Shown piece by piece: positions 18,677 through 25,679 of a stretch of 32,000 nucleotides of DNA; position 1 is the stretch's first letter; every line of letters begins with the position of its first letter. The position numbers and the translations under genes were made by a program. The stretch comes from Cylindrospermopsis raciborskii Cr2010 (GTDB lineage: Bacteria > Cyanobacteriota > Cyanobacteriia > Cyanobacteriales > Nostocaceae). Below the pieces are notes generated by a model. It was not told the DNA's origin. It did not search any database and worked only from the letters and a program-made list of their open reading frames with translations. Location of the stretch: the NCBI RefSeq assembly GCF_003367075.2, contig NZ_CP065936.1, positions 2,754,693 through 2,786,692 on the forward strand, in the 5' to 3' direction.

Positions 18677-19894
18677 CTACAGGTTACCTGGTTTGGTGGG
18701 ACGCGGGCCAGTTCTTAAAGCTCTGAGTGTGCCGGTAGTAGGATTGTACTCATAAGCCTTAGCGGTTAAGTCTGGGTGGGGACTGACACAATATTGTTTA
18801 TCACCTATAAAGATGCCAATTACTGGAGTAGAGCTGCAGGAAACAGCTGTTAATTGCCATTTTCTTAACAGGGCTAAATTCGGGTCGTTGGATGATACTG
18901 GTTTCCTGTTCCCTGTAATTTGGATTCCATCTATTTCTACTTCACCTAAAATCCCTGAGTCATCGATAGTATTGCCTAATGCGGAAATGGCAACACCAGT
19001 TGTGGCGGCGTTATAAATGTTGTAACGACCATTGTTGACGATGACATTGCCACCTGGATTACTACGAGTACCTAGATCGGGGGAAGAATTAAGAGTGATG
19101 ACTATGCCATCCCGTTCGTTATCCTTAACCACATTGCTGCGTAACAAGGGTTGAGCTGAATCGGTGATAACTATTCCGTCTCTATTATTGGTGATCTGAT
19201 TTTTGGTCAAGACTGGTTTGGAATCGTCATTAATGCTTAATCCAAAGCCACTCTTCTCAAATACATTATTGCTGATTTTCCCCTTGCTGGATTTGGTTAT
19301 GGAAATACCATTGCCATTGTTTGCTGTAAATTGGTTGTTCTCAATGGTAGGATCCCCACCAGCTGTGACAAATATCCCCTCTCGCAAACTCTGAGCAAAT
19401 GTGCTATTTTTAATAACGGGGTTAGTGGACTCTACCCATACACCTGTTCCTCGGTCATTTCTGTTGGTCACGGTTACACCATTAATTGTGCTGTCTTGTT
19501 CCGCCAGAATAGTTACATTTTGTCTGGCAAAACTACGACTGTTGTGGTCACCACCACCGGAAATAACTACGGTCTTTCCTTTAGTCGATTCATCACCACG
19601 CAAGGTGATTCCTTGTTTAAGTTTGATGGGGAAGGACTCATTAGTGTAACTACCGGGAGCTAACTGAATTATGGTTCCCGGTTGGGCTTGCTCTAAGGCA
19701 AAGGTGATGGTTTTATAGGGATTGGTGACGGAGTTGCCAGTGCTGACAATGTTGACACCACTAATGGGATCCACATAGATAACTGGCGCCACTGAAGGCA
19801 ATTGAGCGCCCACGGGAAGTGTAACTGACAAAGATCCGCAGATGGACGCCATAACTACGGAAGATTTTAGATGTGATTTTGATATAATGTTCAT
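18677..19894 (-). CDS. Exported DUF1565-type right-handed parallel beta-helix repeat protein
   Basis: 405 aa. Signal-like N-terminus. DUF1565-like start (NPYKTITFALEQAQPGTIIQLAPGSY). Repeated PbH1-type turns (IENNQFTANNGNGISIT, ISNNVFEKSGFGLSIN, LTKNQITNNRDGIVIT, LRSNVVKDNERDGIVIT). Small 2-Cys C-terminal domain and tail RTGPRPTKPGNL. Confidence 0.8.
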   Translation of the reverse strand: MNIISKSHLKSSVVMASICGSLSVTLPVGAQLPSVAPVIYVDPISGVNIVSTGNSVTNPYKTITFALEQAQPGTIIQLAPGSYTNESFPIKLKQGITLRGDESTKGKTVVISGGGDHNSRSFARQNVTILAEQDSTINGVTVTNRNDRGTGVWVESTNPVIKNSTFAQSLREGIFVTAGGDPTIENNQFTANNGNGISITKSSKGKISNNVFEKSGFGLSINDDSKPVLTKNQITNNRDGIVITDSAQPLLRSNVVKDNERDGIVITLNSSPDLGTRSNPGGNVIVNNGRYNIYNAATTGVAISALGNTIDDSGILGEVEIDGIQITGNRKPVSSNDPNLALLRKWQLTAVSCSSTPVIGIFIGDKQYCVSPHPDLTAKAYEYNPTTGTLRALRTGPRPTKPGNL

Positions 19895-19930
19895 AATGTT
19901 CCTAAATGACTCCCTAATTTTGTTGTGTAC

Positions 19931-19954
19931 ATCCTAGAGAAAATTGACTAGGGT
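19931..19954 (-). promoter_or_regulatory. Inverted repeat ATCCTAG-N10-CTAGGgT in the leader of the beta-helix gene
   Basis: 7-bp arms with a 10-bp spacer, about 40 nt upstream of ATG 19894. It is homologous in sequence and position to 20708-20731. Confidence 0.45.
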
Positions 19955-20021
19955 GGAATTGTGAAAGTTCCCGATGCTGATAACTTCCAATACAGATTGA
20001 CTTCTCCTGGCTGTTACCAAC

Positions 20022-20681
20022 TCACAGAGTACCTTTAGTGGGTCTATTTACGGGAGTTGTGCGAGTTTTGGGTGTTTCTTGGGGCAATCGCTTGGCTGCT
20101 TGTGAGACAACTTTACCCAGGTTTACACTTAAACGACTTGTTGTTTCACGAACAGTCCCTGCACTAGAACCTTTAATGCTAATTTGAGTCAGGGTTTCTA
20201 AAACCTTATTAGGGTCTTTGGCATTTTCAGGTTTCAGAGCGAACAGGGTATTGTTACCATCACAACCTCCTTCATCCTTTAAAGAAAGTGCGCAAATAAC
20301 AGTCTTGCCATCGTCAAGTTTACCCCAGGTTAGGACTACGTCGTAAAGCTTGCCAGCACTGTCTTCTACCGCTTGGTTGAGGTTGGCTGTGACGATTTCA
20401 CAACGGCTCTTGGGATTATAATTTTCGCCAAAGGACTGTGCTCCTTTTTTTGTCCACATAATTATGGGAATTGGTCTACCACCAGGGCGCTGTCCAACGG
20501 TGGACCAGTCGCTACCTTGGGCTACACAGGTAAATTTAGTTCCGTTGTATTGACTGGGATCGCTCGGATCAAAAAATGCGTCATCTGATGATTGGGCTTT
20601 TAATTGACCATGTCCTAAACCCAAAATGCCTGATAGGGCTAGGGTTGCTACTAAAACTGTGGACGGGAATTTGCCGTTCAT
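20022..20681 (-). CDS. COP23 family paralog 1, exported
   Basis: 219 aa. AGGAG lies 8 nt upstream of the ATG. Core as in paralogs 2 and 3. Tail ..KRLPQETPKTRTTPVNRPTKGTL. Confidence 0.78.
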   Translation of the reverse strand: MNGKFPSTVLVATLALSGILGLGHGQLKAQSSDDAFFDPSDPSQYNGTKFTCVAQGSDWSTVGQRPGGRPIPIIMWTKKGAQSFGENYNPKSRCEIVTANLNQAVEDSAGKLYDVVLTWGKLDDGKTVICALSLKDEGGCDGNNTLFALKPENAKDPNKVLETLTQISIKGSSAGTVRETTSRLSVNLGKVVSQAAKRLPQETPKTRTTPVNRPTKGTL

Positions 20682-20707
20682 AAATATCTCCTAATTTTAT
20701 TCCGTAT

Positions 20708-20731
20708 ATCCTAGCAAGAAACCGCTAGGAT
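20708..20731 (-). promoter_or_regulatory. Perfect inverted repeat ATCCTAG-N10-CTAGGAT in the leader of COP23 paralog 1
   Basis: 7-bp perfect arms with a 10-bp spacer, 27 nt upstream of ATG 20681. The flanking ~80 nt are homologous to the beta-helix gene leader. Confidence 0.45.
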
Positions 20732-20935
20732 TTAAGTATGAAAATGCCTAAAGCCGATAATTTTTACTGACCCAACTGCACATTATTATATACTCGTGGT
20801 CTAACCTTCACTACAAAGGCACCTCTTATATTCACCGAACCTGCTCAGGGAGATGACAAGGACTTATCACCTACAAACAAAAAGTCTTTTAACTAGCATA
20901 TAATATTGTGCTATGCGTGAATTTACTCCGTCAAT

Positions 20936-20968
20936 AGTAAAAAGTAGAAAATGCTAAATTTTCTACTT
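20936..20968 (-). terminator. Intrinsic terminator downstream of the DnaJ-like gene
   Basis: 9-11 bp perfect stem GTAGAAAAT (20944-20952) / ATTTTCTAC (20958-20966) with a 5-nt loop. On the minus strand it is followed by TTTTT (A-run 20939-20943). It lies about 75 nt after the stop at 21042. Confidence 0.65.
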
Positions 20969-21041
20969 CGGCAAAAAACACGATCGGTGTTCAGGTTGAT
21001 ATTATTAATAGTTAAGGGTTTGCTCCCCTGGTGAGCTAGAA

Positions 21042-22013
21042 TCAGAATTTAATTTGCTGTAAATGAGCACGAGGATCATAACTACGGATAGCACGCAGTT
21101 TCTCGTAATATTCCCGCTCTTGGGGAGTCAGGTCTTTAGGGGGTACAACGGCAACTTTTACCAACTGGTCACCACGACCGCCCTTGGGTAAGGGCCATCC
21201 CTTGCCGCGTAAGCGCAGGGACTGACCAGAACGCACTCCTGCGGGTAATTTTACGCTTGCATGACCATCAGGTGTGGGAACCTGGATAGTCGCACCTAAA
21301 GCTGCTTCATCTGGTGCGATTGGCACTTCGCAAATTAGTTGGTCACCTTCAAGTTGAAAAAATGAATGGGGTGATAGTTCTGTTTTTAAATATAAATCTC
21401 CCCTTTGTCCAGTCTTAGGGTTAACTGCACCTTTACCTCTCACCCGTAAACGAGTGCCAGTTTTTGCTCCTGCGGGAATACGCACTTCAATGGTTTCATT
21501 TCCTAAACTGAATCGTTTTTGCACTCCTGTAAATGCCTCTGCGAAGCTTAGGGTAATGACAAATTCACTATCTTGGGCACCCATATTCGGAAACCCAAAG
21601 TCTCCAAAACCACCAAAACCACCCGGTCTACCACCGGAGCGAGAAGAAGTTGAACTGCGAGGTCCTACCCCACCAAATAAATCATTGAGGAAATCATTAA
21701 AACTACCGTATTGACCAAAGTCAAAACCACTCATATCTACTCCCGCACCACCAGGAAAACCACCTTCTCCCACTTGTTTCCAATATTGACCATATTGGTC
21801 ATATTTTTTCCGTTTATCTGGATCCGAGAGAACTTCATAGGCTTCATTAATCTCTTTGAATCTTGCTTCAGCTTGTTTGTTTCCAGGATTAAGGTCGGGG
21901 TGGTATTTACGAGCTAGTTTGCGAAAAGCTTGTTTAATTTCTTCTGGACTGGCAGTTTTACTGATTCCTAAAATTGAATAATAGTCTTTAAAATCCGTTC
22001 CAGCCATCCACAA
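21042..22013 (-). CDS. DnaJ-family co-chaperone lacking the zinc-finger domain (type II / CbpA-like)
   Basis: 323 aa. J domain [34 protein letters not shown] with the HPD motif. G/F-rich region, then DnaJ C-terminal beta domains. No CxxCxGxG repeats. The start could be M3 at 22007. Confidence 0.88.
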   Translation of the reverse strand: MWMAGTDFKDYYSILGISKTASPEEIKQAFRKLARKYHPDLNPGNKQAEARFKEINEAYEVLSDPDKRKKYDQYGQYWKQVGEGGFPGGAGVDMSGFDFGQYGSFNDFLNDLFGGVGPRSSTSSRSGGRPGGFGGFGDFGFPNMGAQDSEFVITLSFAEAFTGVQKRFSLGNETIEVRIPAGAKTGTRLRVRGKGAVNPKTGQRGDLYLKTELSPHSFFQLEGDQLICEVPIAPDEAALGATIQVPTPDGHASVKLPAGVRSGQSLRLRGKGWPLPKGGRGDQLVKVAVVPPKDLTPQEREYYEKLRAIRSYDPRAHLQQIKF

Positions 22014-22149
22014 GCCTCCTGTTACAATATAGGCGAAATATAGGTTATGTTTTTTCTAGGATAAGATGATGATCCTAAACTAGCAAAGCATAGCAAAAAT
22101 TCATTGTGGTTGTCGCTCATACATCCAGGGCAATTACCGTACTTTAAAG

Positions 22150-22207
22150 GTTAGGGAGATGATCCCCACAAGCTTGTGGGGATAAATTTGTGGGTTAGTT
22201 CCCTAAC
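22150..22207 (-). terminator. Nested inverted repeats immediately after the glgC stop (possible terminator or mRNA-stabilising stem-loop)
   Basis: Perfect 22-bp palindrome ATCCCCACAAGCTTGTGGGGAT (22162-22183) enclosed by outer arms GTTAGGGA (22150-22157) / TCCCTAAC (22200-22207). No clear U-tract follows. Confidence 0.4.
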
Positions 22208-23496
22208 TAGATGATAGTTCCATCGGGAATAACAGCATTTTTTAAAACCACAACTATACCGCTACGGATGTAGAAACCTTGTTTTTCTCGCTCCGCTTCC
22301 TGAACGTTGTCTTTGTTGATTATCCTGACATTATGACCAATTCGGGCATTCTTGTCAATGATCGCTCGGCGAATAATTGTATCCGTACCAATACCTAAAG
22401 GAATGTCTCCTTTGTCTAGGTTACACACTCGTTCCACGGAAGGCTGATAAAAGTCTGAACCCATAATTAAAGATTCCTCAACTATGGAACCTGACTCTAC
22501 ACGCGATCGCACTCCCAATACTGAATGCTGAATGCGGCAGTTTTTCAAAATACAGCCTTCACCAATCATGGATTCTTTGATATCACAGTCCAATAATTTG
22601 GAAGGTGGTAGGTAGCGGGCGCGGGTATAAATGGGTGCTTCCTCATCATAGAAGCTAAAGGGAGGGACTGGTTGTTGGGTGAGGGCGAGGTTAGCATTGT
22701 AGAAGGCTTCAATGGTACCTATGTCTTCCCAGTAACCATCAAATAGATATGCTTGAACATTGTGATCTTTGGCAGCGTCGGGGATAATTTCTTTGCCAAA
22801 ATCGGTTTTTTCTAAGGACTCCCTCAAAAGTTTAATGAGAACGTCTTTTTTAAAAACATAAATGCCCATGGATGCAATATAGGGCTGTGATCGGGCTTCT
22901 TCGCTGGTTAGACCCAAAACAGTGGTATCTACCTGCATTTTTGCCAGTGCTTCACCTTTGGGTTTCTCACTAAAGTCAATTACCCGACCAGCACTGTCAA
23001 TTTTCATTAAACCAAAATCCGAGGCCCGACGACCATCTATGGGAATTACCGAAAGGGTAATATCAGCATTGGTTTCCCGATGGCGCTGAACAAATAAACG
23101 GTAATCCATCCGATATAGATGATCGCCAGAAAGAATTAGAAATTCATCTACATCCCACTCCTGTAACATCCAAATGTACTGACGCACAGCATCAGCGGTT
23201 CCCTGGAACCAATTGGGGTTTTCCGGAGTTTGTTGTGCTGCTAGTACCTCTACAAAACCATCGCTGAAGCCACTAAAATTGTAAGCACGAGCAATATGAC
23301 GATTTAGGGACGCTGAGTTAAACTGTGTAAGAACATAAATTTTAAAAATCTCTGAATTTATACAGTTACTAACGGGGATATCTATTAACCGGTATTTACC
23401 AGCCACAGGTACTGCTGGTTTAGCCCTGAGCTTAGTCAGGGGGTACAGTCTTGTACCCGCTCCCCCACCTAGAATGATTGCTAAAACTCTTTTCAC
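22207..23496 (-). CDS. glgC: Glucose-1-phosphate adenylyltransferase (ADP-glucose pyrophosphorylase)
   Basis: 429 aa. N-terminal signature [31 protein letters not shown], and C-terminal left-handed beta-helix repeats. Confidence 0.95.
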   Translation of the reverse strand: MKRVLAIILGGGAGTRLYPLTKLRAKPAVPVAGKYRLIDIPVSNCINSEIFKIYVLTQFNSASLNRHIARAYNFSGFSDGFVEVLAAQQTPENPNWFQGTADAVRQYIWMLQEWDVDEFLILSGDHLYRMDYRLFVQRHRETNADITLSVIPIDGRRASDFGLMKIDSAGRVIDFSEKPKGEALAKMQVDTTVLGLTSEEARSQPYIASMGIYVFKKDVLIKLLRESLEKTDFGKEIIPDAAKDHNVQAYLFDGYWEDIGTIEAFYNANLALTQQPVPPFSFYDEEAPIYTRARYLPPSKLLDCDIKESMIGEGCILKNCRIQHSVLGVRSRVESGSIVEESLIMGSDFYQPSVERVCNLDKGDIPLGIGTDTIIRRAIIDKNARIGHNVRIINKDNVQEAEREKQGFYIRSGIVVVLKNAVIPDGTII

Positions 23497-23834
23497 AAAA
23501 TTTCTCCAGACTACCTTTCAACTCTCATCTTTAGTTTAGAACTATGGGTTACAAATGATAAGAGGGGGGGATCAAAGAATGTGAGCCAAGAATTTTCAGC
23601 AATTGATTCAGTGGGTGGGCTAGACGCGGGAAATAAGGCTAAAATGAGTGTAAACTTTCTTGATTATATCCCTTGTTTGGTGTTTACATGTATAAACTAG
23701 TTATATTCTTATTACTTCCAATAAGACGGGACTGATAATCATTTCTGAGCGAGCTTTTTCTGTGTTAATTGCAACTGCTAAATCAATACTTTCTGTCTGA
23801 GGATGTTCTGCTGGCTATTATATATACGGATTTT

Positions 23835-24165
23835 CTACATTAAGGTGAAGGTTTTTAAAAACAGGAGTATTACAACTACCTCTAAAGTGGGTTTGTTGGG
23901 TTTCGTTCCTCAACCCAACCTACATTAAGGTGAAGGTTTTTAAAAACAGGAGTATTATAACTACCTCTAAAGTGGGTTTGTTGGGTTTCGTTCCTCAACC
24001 CAACCTACATTAAGGTGAAGGTTTTTAAAAACAGGAGTATTACAACTACCTCTAAAGTGGGTTTGTTGGGTTTCGTTCCTCAACCCAACCTACGTTAAGG
24101 TGAAGGTTTTTAAAAACAGGAGTATTACAACTACCTCTATAGGAGTATTGGAACTACCTCTAAAG
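23835..24165 (+). repeat. 85-bp tandem repeat array (3 full copies plus a 50-bp partial copy plus a 23-bp sub-duplication)
   Basis: Unit starts CTACAT at 23835, 23920 and 24005, and CTACGT at 24090, so the period is exactly 85 bp. Copies differ by single substitutions. Each unit holds the palindrome GTTTTTAAAAAC, the 22-mer AGGAGTATTACAACTACCTCTA and the hairpin GTTGGGTT-tcgttcctc-AACCCAAC. The 22-mer is re-duplicated at 24141-24162. Confidence 0.9.
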
Positions 24166-24209
24166 TTATGTGTTATGCTGCTGAAAATCTTCACTTTTTA
24201 CCTGGATTT

Positions 24210-25643
24210 ATGCAGATTCACACACCAGACTGGGTCAAGCACGCCATTTTCTATCAGATCTTCCCTGACAGATTTGCTAAGGGTAATCAATTTAAACCTA
24301 GCTTATTAAGTAATCCTCAATGGGAAGATTGGGATGCTTCCCCCACTTTACAAGGTTATAAGGGTGGAGACTTGTGGGGTGTTTTAGAAAAATTAGACCA
24401 TATAGAAAACTTGGGAGTTAATGCTATTTACTTTACTCCTATTTTTCAGTCTGGGAGCAATCATCGTTATCATACCCACGACTACTATCAAGTGGATCCG
24501 TTATTAGGGGGAAATGGAGCTTTTAGAGAGTTGTTAAATGAGGCGCACAAACGCAATATAAAGATTGTGTTAGATGGGGTTTTTAATCATGCAAGTCGAG
24601 GGATTTTCTTCTTCCATGATATATTAGAAAATGGTCCAAATTCTCCCTGGGTAGACTGGTTTAAAATTCAGGACTGGCCACTTGCACCCTATACCAACGA
24701 CGCACCAGCAAATTATGAAAGTTGGGCAGATATTCGTTCTTTACCAGTATTTAATCATGATCATCCAGATGTGCGGGAATATATTATGCAAATTGCCGAA
24801 TATTGGATAAAATTTGGCATTGATGGATGGCGTTTAGATGTACCTGATGAAATTAAAACTCCTGGTTTTTGGCAGGAATTTCGAGAACGGGTGAAAGCAA
24901 TTAATCCGGATGCTTATATTGTGGGAGAGGTGTGGGGTGATTCTCGTCAGTGGTTAGATGGCACCCAATTTGATGGAGTTATGAATTACTTATTTACAGG
25001 TCCTACTATTGCTTTTACTGTAGGAAATCGGATAGAATTGGAAATGATAGAAGGACGTGCTTATGAAGCTTTTCCACCTTTATCTGCAGCTGAGTATGCT
25101 GAGAAAATGCGGGAGTTATTAAACCTGTACCCGTGGGAAATTCAACTAACCCAACTAAATTTACTGGCAAGTCATGATACAGCCAGATTAATTTCTATTG
25201 CTGGTGGTGATATTACATCGGTTGAATTGGCAACCCTATTACTATTGACATTTCCTGGATCGCCCAGTATATATTATGGAGACGAAGTTGGCTTACCTGG
25301 TGGGTTGGACCCCGATTGTCGTCGAGGGTTTCCTATAATTGATAAATGGAACTTAGAAATCCTGAAAACTCATAAACAGTTAATTTCTTTGCGTCATCAA
25401 TATGCTGCTTTAAGGATAGGAGATTATCAAGTTATTTATGCGGATACCACATTATATGTGTTTGTCAGGAGTTGGGAAGATCAGGAGTTAATGATTGCCA
25501 TTAATATAGGAGAGGATGGAGTTAGAGCTAGTCTGGATAGCTATAAACCAGCCAAGTTGTTGTATGGTAATGGAGAAGTATTATGGAGTGGAGAGAAGAT
25601 TGAGATCAATATTCCTGCACGCAGCGGGGCGATTTTTGGTTAG
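24210..25643 (+). CDS. Glycoside hydrolase family 13 (alpha-amylase family; neopullulanase/cyclomaltodextrinase-like core)
   Basis: The ORF track starts at 24168, inside repeat-derived sequence. ATG 24210 (MQIHTPDWVKHAIFYQIFPDRF) is the typical N-terminus. GH13 conserved regions are DGVFNH, GWRLDVPDE, EVWG and LLASHD. Confidence 0.88.
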   Translation: MQIHTPDWVKHAIFYQIFPDRFAKGNQFKPSLLSNPQWEDWDASPTLQGYKGGDLWGVLEKLDHIENLGVNAIYFTPIFQSGSNHRYHTHDYYQVDPLLGGNGAFRELLNEAHKRNIKIVLDGVFNHASRGIFFFHDILENGPNSPWVDWFKIQDWPLAPYTNDAPANYESWADIRSLPVFNHDHPDVREYIMQIAEYWIKFGIDGWRLDVPDEIKTPGFWQEFRERVKAINPDAYIVGEVWGDSRQWLDGTQFDGVMNYLFTGPTIAFTVGNRIELEMIEGRAYEAFPPLSAAEYAEKMRELLNLYPWEIQLTQLNLLASHDTARLISIAGGDITSVELATLLLLTFPGSPSIYYGDEVGLPGGLDPDCRRGFPIIDKWNLEILKTHKQLISLRHQYAALRIGDYQVIYADTTLYVFVRSWEDQELMIAINIGEDGVRASLDSYKPAKLLYGNGEVLWSGEKIEINIPARSGAIFG

Positions 25644-25649
25644 AGATAG

Positions 25650-25672
25650 GGGACTTCCATAAAGGAAGTTCT
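25650..25672. terminator. Stem-loop between convergent GH13 and U32 genes
   Basis: ACTTCC (25653-25658) / GGAAGT (25664-25669) with a 5-nt loop, extendable with G-U and G-C pairs to 25650-25672. It is followed by ctatttatta on the + strand. Confidence 0.45.
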
Positions 25673-25679
25673 CTATTTA

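Noticed and set aside
16146-20588. Plus-strand ORFs antisense to the COP23 paralogs (16146-16391, 17559-17777, 18313-18519, 20373-20588), with similar peptides MVEIGCDDFTTALGII.. that look conserved
   Set aside because: Their similarity simply mirrors the duplicated minus-strand genes. They lack RBS context, and the minus-strand frames carry the coherent signal peptides and family motifs.
23835-24165. Possible CRISPR array (regularly spaced hairpin-containing repeats)
   Set aside because: The whole 85-bp unit is repeated head-to-tail with no unique spacers between repeats. The period and unit length do not fit CRISPR architecture, and there are no cas genes nearby.
23846-24309. GTG-initiated 27-codon ORFs in each 85-bp unit (VKVFKNRSITTTSKVGLLGFVPQPNLH) and the 69-aa ORF at 24100-24309
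   Set aside because: They are generated by the repeat itself. The LGFVPQPNL-type peptide is a typical translation artefact of this hairpin element. The 85-bp period breaks the frame between units.
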